From IMG/VR virus record IMGVR_UViG_3300012012_002042: 14,072 nt of DNA, one strand, 5' to 3'. The position numbers and the translations under genes were made by a program. This stretch comes from an uncultured virus (IMG/VR IMGVR_UViG_3300012012_002042). Lineage: Duplodnaviria > Heunggongvirae > Uroviricota > Caudoviricetes. The notes beneath the pieces are model-generated. The model had not been told where the DNA came from. It was given only the letters and a program-made list of their open reading frames with translations, and did no database searches. Below, in pieces: positions 1 to 7,596 of this stretch (positions are counted from its first letter, which is position 1; each line of letters starts with the position of its first letter).

Positions 1-51
1 AAGGGCGGGTTCAAAACCTATAAGGCATATTGCAACGCCTACAAAAAATGA
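1..51 (+). CDS. 3' end of an upstream gene (partial; ...KGGFKTYKAYCNAYKK*)
   Basis: Frame 1 is open from base 1 to TGA at 49-51, which overlaps the next ATG (48-50) in the ATGA arrangement seen throughout the window. Confidence 0.6.
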   Translation, partial: KGGFKTYKAYCNAYKK

Positions 52-305
52 AACACGGAGACATTAATTTCTGCGCGATCTGCGGTGGCGAGTTAAAACA
101 CGGATCGCGAGTGGTGTCGAATAATCGTGTGGAGACCACCCGATGCTTGGATTGCGATCATGTCGGACGAAGGGGTGAACATCGGTGGAGATTCCGCGTG
201 GACACGGGCTTCCCGCTGACGGTCGCGGAGCAGTCATGGATGGAGACAACGAAGGCCCTCTTTCATGCGTTTATCCAGCGAGAGCCGTACCCTACGAAAA
301 CGTGA
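48..305 (+). CDS. Hypothetical Zn-ribbon protein (85 aa)
   Basis: ATG at 48 is coupled to the upstream stop. Two CxxC pairs (CAIC ... CLDC). Confidence 0.7.
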   Translation: MKHGDINFCAICGGELKHGSRVVSNNRVETTRCLDCDHVGRRGEHRWRFRVDTGFPLTVAEQSWMETTKALFHAFIQREPYPTKT

Positions 306-574
306 GCAAGCCATTCAAAATAATCGGACGCGAGGAAGGTCGCGACGAGAAGAAATTCGAGACCGAGTTCGAGACACTCGCCGACGCCGCGAAATACATT
401 CAGGAACGCTGGCAGGGCCCTGAGTATTGCACTCACGAATGGCCGCAGGGATTCCACACGGATTATTCCACCTACGAGTGTGTCGGCTTTACCCTGAAGG
501 AGATTGCCGATCGGAAATGGGAGTCGGAATGGCAGTCGTTCGAGATTCGGTTCAAACCGGAGTTCTGTACGTAG
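302..574 (+). CDS. Hypothetical protein (90 aa)
   Basis: GTG at 302 forms a GTGA overlap with the previous stop. It is the 3' part of track ORF 185..574. Acidic/aromatic globular composition. Confidence 0.7.
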   Translation: MSKPFKIIGREEGRDEKKFETEFETLADAAKYIQERWQGPEYCTHEWPQGFHTDYSTYECVGFTLKEIADRKWESEWQSFEIRFKPEFCT

Positions 575-590
575 AGTCCCACGAAATACG

Positions 591-695
591 ATGAAACTCA
601 CAAACGACGAGCGCGTAATGATGCGCCTGGCGAAGCTGGGGCATATGGGATGTCGCCTGGTCAAGAAGAAGCCGAAGCCAAATGATCCAGCCTGA
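591..695 (+). CDS. Small basic hypothetical peptide (34 aa, MKLTNDERVMMRLAKLGH...)
   Basis: ATG at 591 follows an A-rich leader and fills the gap between 574 and 682. It overlaps the next gene by 14 bp. Confidence 0.45.
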   Translation: MKLTNDERVMMRLAKLGHMGCRLVKKKPKPNDPA

Positions 696-975
696 CGTAT
701 TCAAGATTGCCAAACAGATGTTCGGAGCCATCGAAGTCCCCGATGATGGTCTGGACTTGGAAATGAATGAGCGCCTGCATTGCATCGCTACCCTGCTCAG
801 GAAAACGGACAGCAAAGGGCGGGTGGCGTTCACGGAGACGGAGATTGAATCCTGCATCATCGGTCTTCGAGGATTCAAAGGAGATCACCCAAGAATTGAC
901 GAAATGTTGCTGCGGCTGAAAGCAGCACTACCAAAAGCACTCACATGGCAAAAACTGGCAAAAAGAAAAACGTGA
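682..975 (+). CDS. Hypothetical protein (97 aa)
   Basis: ORF in the co-oriented array with protein-like helical composition. No motif recognised. Confidence 0.7.
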   Translation: MIQPDVFKIAKQMFGAIEVPDDGLDLEMNERLHCIATLLRKTDSKGRVAFTETEIESCIIGLRGFKGDHPRIDEMLLRLKAALPKALTWQKLAKRKT

Positions 976-990
976 AGAAGCTCAAATAAT

Positions 991-1215
991 ATGGCTGACT
1001 ATCGTGTGACATGGGCAATCGATTTGCAGGCAGATAATCCAAAGTTCGCCGCCGAGAAGGCCCTGAAATATATTCAGGAGAATGGGTCCGAACAAGTGTT
1101 CACCGTGGTGAAAATACGCGGCAAGCACCTCGGCAAAACGATCGTGGTGGATCTCGCGGCAAGCTCAGTAAGTGTGACACCCAGGGCGGACGAACCCTTG
1201 ATCGAATCAGCATGA
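991..1215 (+). CDS. Small hypothetical protein (74 aa; YxVxWxIDxxAxxPxxAA pattern)
   Basis: ATG follows A/T-rich CTCAAATAAT. The beta-alpha-beta pattern YRVTWAIDLQADNPKFAAEKA...VFTV resembles small phage/plasmid accessory proteins (recollection, not searched). Confidence 0.75.
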   Translation: MADYRVTWAIDLQADNPKFAAEKALKYIQENGSEQVFTVVKIRGKHLGKTIVVDLAASSVSVTPRADEPLIESA

Positions 1216-1553
1216 AAACGCCCGAAGAAGTGGAAGCGCAGTTGACTCTGGAAATTGAAGCGGCGTTGAAAGCAGGGTGGAAATTGAGGAAGGGATCGTT
1301 CGGCTCCAGCGCCCTCAAAAATTGCTGTGCGCTCACGGCGAAGTTTGCCGTATTGGATCCGCTCGATCAGCATGCAATGAACACGATGCCTCTCACCAAT
1401 CGATTGGAGGAATTCGGAATAGAAGACTCGGCATGTCTATGGTCGTTGGTGGACGGATTTGACGATCATTGGAACAGGTTGGCAGAGGATCGCGCCTGGT
1501 TTGCAGTAGGGGTGCGACTTCGGAAGAAATTCGAGGCAGTTCTGTCCCGATGA
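1212..1553 (+). CDS. Hypothetical protein, paralog A of the GWK/CCAL/GFD pair (113 aa)
   Basis: ATGA coupling at both ends. Shares ordered motifs with 1750..2061. Confidence 0.85.
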   Translation: MKTPEEVEAQLTLEIEAALKAGWKLRKGSFGSSALKNCCALTAKFAVLDPLDQHAMNTMPLTNRLEEFGIEDSACLWSLVDGFDDHWNRLAEDRAWFAVGVRLRKKFEAVLSR

Positions 1554-1753
1554 TCACCGCTCGTGGAATCCCCAGTGCTACATTGCCGGTGACGGTGCAT
1601 TTGCGTGTTGGCGCAAAAGAGGATGATACGGATAAATTCGGATCACCACTGTGCGGTATCGGCGACTTCGACCTGTTCTGGACGAATCTGAAAACGGAGG
1701 TCACCTGTGAAGCATGCCGCGCACGCATGGATTTGCCACCAAAACAGAAATGA
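1550..1753 (+). CDS. Small putative Zn-finger protein (67 aa; H...C...CxxC)
   Basis: ATGA overlaps at both 1550-1553 and 1750-1753. Motif VHL...PLCG...VTCEAC. Confidence 0.75.
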   Translation: MITARGIPSATLPVTVHLRVGAKEDDTDKFGSPLCGIGDFDLFWTNLKTEVTCEACRARMDLPPKQK

Positions 1754-2061
1754 AACTGAAAGAAATTAAAGATAAGCTGTGTCTGGAAATTGATGACGCA
1801 CTGTCGAAGGGTTGGAAAATGAGGGCCTCCATGTTCATTCATCGTGAGAGTAAATGCTGCTGCGCTCTCGGCGCATATTACGCCGCGGCGGGTGAGTGTG
1901 ATATATCCACCGAGGAAATCATGGAAAATCGTGCGGAGGAGTTCGGAGTGAGCATTGAGCAACTGTGGACGCTTGCAATGGGGTTCGACGGTATCAAGAT
2001 GTTCACCAATACGTCATTCAATACTCTAGGACGGCAATTGCGTGAGAAATATCTGAAGTGA
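1750..2061 (+). CDS. Hypothetical protein, paralog B of the GWK/CCAL/GFD pair (103 aa)
   Basis: ATG at 1750 is in an ATGA overlap. Homologous to 1212..1553. Confidence 0.85.
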   Translation: MKLKEIKDKLCLEIDDALSKGWKMRASMFIHRESKCCCALGAYYAAAGECDISTEEIMENRAEEFGVSIEQLWTLAMGFDGIKMFTNTSFNTLGRQLREKYLK

Positions 2062-2399
2062 AAATATTTACGCACCCTCAGGAGACGTGGTCGGAGGCTG
2101 AATGTGAAAAGTGGACCAAGAAGGCAAACCGAGACGGCATGGGGACAGTCGGAGGCCCTCGTGGGCTGATCAACTGTGACTCGGCGCCGTATCCTCGATA
2201 CGGGCAGGCTCGCATCTACAACGGTGGATGCATCAGGGGAGACGAATGGTATAACGGTGAGGCAGTGCCGCTCCCGGTGATCCCTGCGACCTACGAGTTC
2301 ACGAAGATTTCCTCCTGGGGCACGGTCATCACGAGGAAAGAGAGTGATGAGAATAAAGGGACCAAGTTATTGAAATTCAAAAAATGCAAAGACAAATGA
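2058..2399 (+). CDS. Hypothetical protein (113 aa)
   Basis: GTGA overlap at the start and ATGA overlap at the end. No motif recognised. Confidence 0.75.
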   Translation: MKIFTHPQETWSEAECEKWTKKANRDGMGTVGGPRGLINCDSAPYPRYGQARIYNGGCIRGDEWYNGEAVPLPVIPATYEFTKISSWGTVITRKESDENKGTKLLKFKKCKDK

Positions 2400-3316
2400 A
2401 CCGATACATTACCGCGCGTGCAAAGCCGCTTCAAGATGCTGCCGATATTCTGGACCCACACGAGTCACACGGCCCGACAACAGGCCTCCACACCGCGGAA
2501 CGTGATGCCATCTCGGTCACATTCCACGATGATGACTGGGAGGCGTATCTGGGAGACCTTGGCATTGATCCCACAGATCCGCTGCATGACCGGAATCCGG
2601 ATGAAATGACTGTGTCGGAGTTGAACGAATTCCATCAATGGTTGCAGGCTGAAAATATGTGGGCCTCTGTGGAGAGCGATTTCGATGCGCGCCTCGCCGC
2701 CCTGGAAAAGGCGCTGCCGGCAGCCATCCAGCGCTCTGCGGTCCTGAAGGATGAACTGGCCCTGGTGAAGGAGAAACACCTCGATAATTATCACCGACTG
2801 CAAGCGCAGGCACTTGCGCTTGCGGAGGAACGGGATGCTCTCCAGAGCGGGATCGACAAGATTGCTGTTCTGATCGGTATTCCGCCGAAACATCATTGGC
2901 ACCCAAACCATGTTCTGATCGGTATTACGCCGAAACATCATTGGCACCCAAACCATGTTCTGATCGGTATTACGCCGAAACATCATTGGCACCCAAACCA
3001 TGTTCTGATCGGTATTACGCCGAAACATCATTGGCACCCAAACCATGTTCTGATCGGTATTACGCCGAAACATCATTGGCACCCAAACCATGTGGTGGAG
3101 GAGCTCCGGAAGCAGATGGAGGACGATCAGACTCTGTCGGTGACGCCGGAGCACCTGAAGGCTCTGTATTTCGAGGCGCACAATTCCGGCTACGGAAACG
3201 GGATTCGCAATGAGGGACAGCAAGCCCATTACAATTGGGAGCACTCCACGATGAGGATGAATATGGCTATGCTGAATTTTTCAGGAGCACCGCATGATTC
3301 GAAGGATGAGAAATAG
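2396..3316 (+). CDS. Hypothetical protein with acidic N-terminus, coiled-coil segment and 5x His-rich 15-aa repeat (306 aa)
   Basis: ATG at 2396 is in an ATGA overlap (alternative ATG at 2384). A heptad-like helix (RLAALEKAL...LQAQALALAEERDALQ) is followed by VLIGI(P/T)PKHHWHPNH x5. Confidence 0.8.
   Translation: MNRYITARAKPLQDAADILDPHESHGPTTGLHTAERDAISVTFHDDDWEAYLGDLGIDPTDPLHDRNPDEMTVSELNEFHQWLQAENMWASVESDFDARLAALEKALPAAIQRSAVLKDELALVKEKHLDNYHRLQAQALALAEERDALQSGIDKIAVLIGIPPKHHWHPNHVLIGITPKHHWHPNHVLIGITPKHHWHPNHVLIGITPKHHWHPNHVLIGITPKHHWHPNHVVEELRKQMEDDQTLSVTPEHLKALYFEAHNSGYGNGIRNEGQQAHYNWEHSTMRMNMAMLNFSGAPHDSKDEK
2866..3093 (+). repeat. Tandem repeat, 45-bp unit x5 (+3 bp), in frame
   Basis: Unit TGTTCTGATCGGTATTACGCCGAAACATCATTGGCACCCAAACCA at 2866, 2911, 2956, 3001 and 3046. 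Copies 2-5 are identical. Copy 1 differs only by A>C at 2882. The array is followed by TGT (3091-3093). Confidence 0.98.
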
Positions 3317-3366
3317 CATGAGCTCAATCACGAAGACACAGCGGCAAATGACACCCACTGAATGCT

Positions 3367-3669
3367 ATGGTCATCCTAGATCCAGGAACCCCTAGAGACA
3401 TGCGGCTGCTCATGCTCTCTGCCGCCACCACTACCGGGGTCCGGGTAGAGGTGGTCTGTTCAACACATCAGCCCGAAGCGAAGACTGGGGTGACCATCAC
3501 TCGATCGGGCGGCATCTCTCCGGCAGACACTCTCCTGAGCATGGCAATTACGACGGCCTGTGAATACGGTAGGGACAATATCGATTTGAGGGATTTCAAG
3601 AAAAACTCAGAGCCGTTTTATGCCGGAGTATCCCAGCGTAAACGCGGACAAAAACAAAAACGTAAATGA
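3367..3669 (+). CDS. Hypothetical protein (100 aa, basic C-terminus)
   Basis: The stop forms an ATGA overlap with 3666. The start is uncertain (3367 or 3400). Confidence 0.6.
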   Translation: MVILDPGTPRDMRLLMLSAATTTGVRVEVVCSTHQPEAKTGVTITRSGGISPADTLLSMAITTACEYGRDNIDLRDFKKNSEPFYAGVSQRKRGQKQKRK

Positions 3670-4097
3670 TGACCGAAGACAAAGAAGCAGTGCATACAGC
3701 GGGGACAATTACCCTCACGGGTTACAGGTTGGAAGTGCGAGTGTTGATGCACCACCCAGCGCGAGTTTTGAAAATCGGCGAGGTCCTGGTGACGGAGAAA
3801 TGGCTGGAGGTTGGAAAAGCATGTGCCTTCAATTTCACCCTACCGGAAGAAGCATCTGATCTGCTGTTGCATCAGTATGGCTTGATGGGACTCGAATTGG
3901 CACAGTCCGTGAAATGGGAACTGCTGGCCAAACACAGCGCTGTGATCCCATATCTGCAATGCCGACTGGTCGGATACGAACTCGAAGTCCGCCACACCAT
4001 CCGACAAATGGGCGTCCTGAAGGGTTCACTCGTAGAGCGCGATCACGCGGAAACGCTGCAGTTTGAACGCGAGAAACCTGAAGACTCAGGGAAATGA
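3666..4097 (+). CDS. Hypothetical protein (143 aa)
   Basis: ATGA coupling to both neighbours. Lies directly upstream of the GHKL ATPase gene. Confidence 0.75.
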   Translation: MMTEDKEAVHTAGTITLTGYRLEVRVLMHHPARVLKIGEVLVTEKWLEVGKACAFNFTLPEEASDLLLHQYGLMGLELAQSVKWELLAKHSAVIPYLQCRLVGYELEVRHTIRQMGVLKGSLVERDHAETLQFEREKPEDSGK

Positions 4098-5818
4098 GCA
4101 CAGCAACAGTACGGGAATTCAAAACCCATCCGCGGGTAATTCTCACACTTATTCGGGAGCAGTCAGGCTCACTGTCAAAGGCTGTCGGAGAAGCCGTCAT
4201 GAACTCAGCCGACGCCGGCGCCACTTGGGTGTCGATTACGCTCAGTCCGCAGCAACTGATCATCGAGGACAACGGCAAGGGCATCAATGCCGAGGCGGAG
4301 ATCGAGGAATTCTTCAACACGTTCGGCACTCCCCATGCGCTGGACGAGAATGAGAATTCCACCGATGCCAAATACGGGAAGTTCCGAATCGGTCGCGGGC
4401 AACTGTTCAATTACGGCCACAACACCTGGTTGACTGGTCCATTCAAGATGGTCGTGGATTTGAATGCCATGATGGCGCGGGGAGACATGAAATGGGAGAC
4501 GCACAGGCTCCCGAAGGCTGTGGATGGCTGCACCATCAAGATCGAATTGTATGACCGCCTGTCCGCTGCGGAGATGATCAATATCACGGAGGAGATCACT
4601 CGCATGTGCAAATACATGGATATGGAAATCCGGCTGAATAATGAACTCGTGAATACTCCGCCTTCAACCGTGCGGTGGACTGAGGAGACCGAGGATGCCT
4701 ACATCAAGGTGAACGACAGTCACACACGCGGCGTGGAGTTCTACCAGCAGGGCATTTACGTGATGACGGTTCCCAGCTGGCAGGTGGGATCCTCGGGAAT
4801 AATCGTGACGAAGAAACCCGTGGCCCTGAACTTCGCCAGGAACGACGTCAAACGCACGGACAAATTATTCACCAGGGTCATCGCAAAGTTCAAAAAGGAC
4901 TCCGCCGTTCGGGCCCGCACCAAGCGTGATCTGACCCACGGCGAACGGAAGGCGCTGTTGAATCAACTGCTGTCCGAAGAGGAATCCTGGAGCCACAATC
5001 TGGCAGTCAAACTGTTCCCTGACACGAACGGGACATGTTGGTCGATCAATCAACTGCGCCGGCTGCCAGGCCAGGAAAAGATCATCACACAGCCCGACAC
5101 AACCATCGGGTATTGTTTCGCCGAGAAGGGTGATCGTCGTGGTGACGTCATCATGAAGATGGGTCTGGGAATTGTGTTCGATTTGGAATTGCTGGACATG
5201 ACCCGGCTGAAGGCTGAGACGTTCTTCGACAAAATCGATTATTCCCTGAAGGGCGCCTACTCCCATATCCCGATCCTCCAATTGGGAAAAGGTGCGGATA
5301 GCAAATTCCGGGTGATCGAAGAGAAGGATCAGACCTCACTGGAAACCGAAATTCTGCGCACGCTGGAGGATATCATGTGGTTTATTCTGCGCGCGAAGTC
5401 GGATATCGATGGTGACCACTTCTCTCACGAAGACCACAGAGTTTTGCGTGTCGGCATTTCGACGTGCGCTGAAGCGTGGACTGACGGTAAATCCTACGTA
5501 GCCTTCAGCCGCGACTTTCTGCAGAAGTGTGGACAAGGCTGGGGCTGGGTGGATTTGGCAAATCTGTTGCTCCACGAAATGTGTCATGCCGATGCCGACA
5601 CCGGCACGCACGTGCACGGGCCGGAGTTCCATCAATTGTATCACGATATTCAGGCGTTTCAGGCGCCGGCGTATGGGAAGGCGATTGGGAAGGCATACAT
5701 CAGATTCTCGCAGCGTCTGTCAGAACTGGCGGGAAAAGTGACGAAGAAGCAGCGCATGGAGGCCATCAAAAATAATACCCTGCAAGAAGACCTTGCGGCA
5801 GTCGGAGGAACCGAATGA
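4094..5818 (+). CDS. GHKL (Hsp90/MutL/HATPase_c-like) ATPase fused to a C-terminal HEXXH zincin-like metallopeptidase domain (574 aa)
   Basis: N-box EAVMNSADAG (E33, nt 4190), G1 IEDNGKGI, G2-like GKFRIGRG (G95), G3-like GCTIKI. C-terminal AWTDG (A461), LLHEMCH (H494-H498, nt 5573-5587) and HGPEF (H508). Confidence 0.9.
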   Translation: MSTATVREFKTHPRVILTLIREQSGSLSKAVGEAVMNSADAGATWVSITLSPQQLIIEDNGKGINAEAEIEEFFNTFGTPHALDENENSTDAKYGKFRIGRGQLFNYGHNTWLTGPFKMVVDLNAMMARGDMKWETHRLPKAVDGCTIKIELYDRLSAAEMINITEEITRMCKYMDMEIRLNNELVNTPPSTVRWTEETEDAYIKVNDSHTRGVEFYQQGIYVMTVPSWQVGSSGIIVTKKPVALNFARNDVKRTDKLFTRVIAKFKKDSAVRARTKRDLTHGERKALLNQLLSEEESWSHNLAVKLFPDTNGTCWSINQLRRLPGQEKIITQPDTTIGYCFAEKGDRRGDVIMKMGLGIVFDLELLDMTRLKAETFFDKIDYSLKGAYSHIPILQLGKGADSKFRVIEEKDQTSLETEILRTLEDIMWFILRAKSDIDGDHFSHEDHRVLRVGISTCAEAWTDGKSYVAFSRDFLQKCGQGWGWVDLANLLLHEMCHADADTGTHVHGPEFHQLYHDIQAFQAPAYGKAIGKAYIRFSQRLSELAGKVTKKQRMEAIKNNTLQEDLAAVGGTE

Positions 5819-6177
5819 ACAATATTCACAAATTGAAAACGAAGGAAGACTGGGAAAAGGCAGACCGCGAAACCCGATTCGAATACCGAGACCAGTTCAA
5901 GCGCGGGCAGGTTTACAAATGTTTGAAGCCTGTCCGCATCAGCGGCATGCGCTCTCTCGGCCCGAATGCGTGGCAGGGGTTCTCAGTGTTAATTCCTGAG
6001 GGGGACACCATTGTCTGCGCTGGGGAGTCCATGACTGCAGGAGACGGAGTGCCGGCCATTAAATGGAATGACGGGAACAACACGCCATTTGGTCGTGATG
6101 CCATCATGAGTGAAATTGTCGGCGGGATGTGGGGCGGTCAAGTCCCCGAGCCAGGATATTTGGAATTGGTGCCATGA
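5815..6177 (+). CDS. Hypothetical protein (120 aa)
   Basis: ATGA coupling to the ATPase stop and to the next gene. Gly-rich, beta-like C-terminal half. Confidence 0.75.
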   Translation: MNNIHKLKTKEDWEKADRETRFEYRDQFKRGQVYKCLKPVRISGMRSLGPNAWQGFSVLIPEGDTIVCAGESMTAGDGVPAIKWNDGNNTPFGRDAIMSEIVGGMWGGQVPEPGYLELVP

Positions 6178-6530
6178 CCTTCTGGACACTACTCATAATC
6201 AACGCCGACAAAAAAGGCGTTAAGATTTTCACGACAGAGCGGGCTGCGGTGAAATGCTGGGTGGAGAATGTGTTCCTGACGAAGACCAACCGCAGGGCAT
6301 TCATGAAGAAGTATGACGAGGGTGGTTTGGAAGCGGTGAAGGATCTTCTGCGGGCGCATACAGGTAAGCGGGACGTCTATATTCTTGAGAAGCAAGAATT
6401 GCATTTCCCTGCGCGGGCGGAACAATTGCTGAGCGCGTGGAGGTTTGTGGCCGACGAATCCCATCGCGGGAACGCTGGGCGGGTCGATGTGTTGAATGAA
6501 TTGAATGAAATTATGATGTTCCTAAAATGA
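6174..6530 (+). CDS. Hypothetical protein (118 aa)
   Basis: ATG at 6174 is in an ATGA overlap (inside track ORF 6129..6530). The stop overlaps the ATG at 6527. Confidence 0.75.
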   Translation: MTFWTLLIINADKKGVKIFTTERAAVKCWVENVFLTKTNRRAFMKKYDEGGLEAVKDLLRAHTGKRDVYILEKQELHFPARAEQLLSAWRFVADESHRGNAGRVDVLNELNEIMMFLK

Positions 6531-6853
6531 CCGTAACCAGCACAAATCAAATGCCAGTCGTTCGCATCAACGCACCCGAGTGGTATGAGAAAAAGGGATG
6601 GCTGGAATTTATCACTTCCGAAGGGGTTGCGACCTGGCATGTCGCTGGCGAGAAAGTCGGGGAATTTTCAGACGTGTTCTTCACGTATACGGATGACGGG
6701 GATGGATCCAACTCCCCGAAATTCATTCAGAACGTGCCTGGAATTATCCAGATCGGATTGATCCCGAAGGGTATTTGGAAGCAGATCGAACGGGTCGTAA
6801 AAAAAGCAGGCCACACTGAATGTCTGGTCTGGGTTTCAAACCTTGCAGAATAA
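6527..6853 (+). CDS. Hypothetical protein (108 aa; INAPEW...TWH...EFSDVF...GxNS...IW...SNL pattern)
   Basis: Coupled on both sides (ATGA, TAATG). The motif spacing is reminiscent of uncharacterised mobile-element proteins (recollection). Confidence 0.8.
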   Translation: MTVTSTNQMPVVRINAPEWYEKKGWLEFITSEGVATWHVAGEKVGEFSDVFFTYTDDGDGSNSPKFIQNVPGIIQIGLIPKGIWKQIERVVKKAGHTECLVWVSNLAE

Positions 6854-7596
6854 TGCCGAAAAACAAAAAATCACCGAAGAGGGAAGCGAAGGCTATTACG
6901 AAATTGAATAAGCGACGATTCTCGATCAGCCTGACGTCTGTTGGAAATCCGGACTTCTCGCAGTATTGTCCGATCTCGAATCCGGAGAGTGTCTACGCCG
7001 ATACGCTGGAAGGATTGGTGGTGGAAGTGTCCGCCTACATCAAAAAGTGGAGTCTCGGCGGAGGCAATTGGCCCAATCCTACGTTTTATTATAAAGGCAA
7101 AGCGTCCGGCTACATCACATACAACGGGCGCGTCTGGGATAAGGACAAAAATGAGATCCGCGCGGGTGGAGGCAAACTCGCCTCCGAACATGAGGCTGAG
7201 AATTGGAAGGATTTCAAGAAGCTCCCCGAACCAGAATTGTATGAGTGTGCAAATTGCAGTTTGAAGCTGAAGCGAGATTTATTACTGCCGGCGAAGGATT
7301 TGTCAAAACGGTTCACACCAGGAGACATCTATACGGACAAGGAATGTCCGCTGTGCGGAGCCTTGTGCTTCCCCAGCGAGACCCATGCGAGTCGCATCGA
7401 GGCACGCTTCAGCAATTTGTTGGAGGGTATTGGGCACACTGACAGCAATGACTGGGAAATTCAGACCGTGAGGGATTTACTGGACGTCGCCTGGGATCTT
7501 CTATCACAGGAGGCGCGGGACCGATTCTTCGGGCACTCGGATGTGTTGACTACGGAAAAGCATGCCACCGACCTTTTGAAACAAAATGAATCCTGA
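6853..7596 (+). CDS. Modular hypothetical protein: GNPDF/LGGGNW/YNGRVW domain + Zn ribbon + helical tail (247 aa)
   Basis: ATG at 6853 is in a TAATG overlap. Motifs SVGNPDFSQ, LGGGNW and YITYNGRVW, then CANC...PGD...ECPLCGAL. Confidence 0.8.
   Translation: MPKNKKSPKREAKAITKLNKRRFSISLTSVGNPDFSQYCPISNPESVYADTLEGLVVEVSAYIKKWSLGGGNWPNPTFYYKGKASGYITYNGRVWDKDKNEIRAGGGKLASEHEAENWKDFKKLPEPELYECANCSLKLKRDLLLPAKDLSKRFTPGDIYTDKECPLCGALCFPSETHASRIEARFSNLLEGIGHTDSNDWEIQTVRDLLDVAWDLLSQEARDRFFGHSDVLTTEKHATDLLKQNES

Noticed and set aside
1212..2061. Paralog pair as a diversity-generating retroelement TR/VR pair
   Set aside because: Divergence is extensive and not confined to adenines, and there is no reverse transcriptase in the window.
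2866..3093. 45-bp repeats as a CRISPR array
   Set aside because: The units are head-to-tail with no unique spacers, the period is a multiple of 3 and in frame within a CDS, and there are no cas genes or leader.
2465..3244. 259-aa minus-strand ORF and other alternative-frame ORFs across the repeat (2896..3213 +)
   Set aside because: Their length is inflated by the stop-free repeat unit. They overlap a better-supported, ATGA-coupled + strand gene.
3318..3395. 25-aa micro-ORF MSSITKTQRQMTPTECYGHPRSRNP right after the 3316 stop
   Set aside because: Its position is suggestive, but it has no motif and overlaps 3367..3669 out of frame, so it cannot be supported.
4094..5818. Calling this htpG, mutL, rIIA or a histidine kinase
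   Set aside because: Only the GHKL module is shared. There is no HtpG or MutL C-terminal signature, no H-box or transmembrane sensor, and no recognisable rIIB neighbour.
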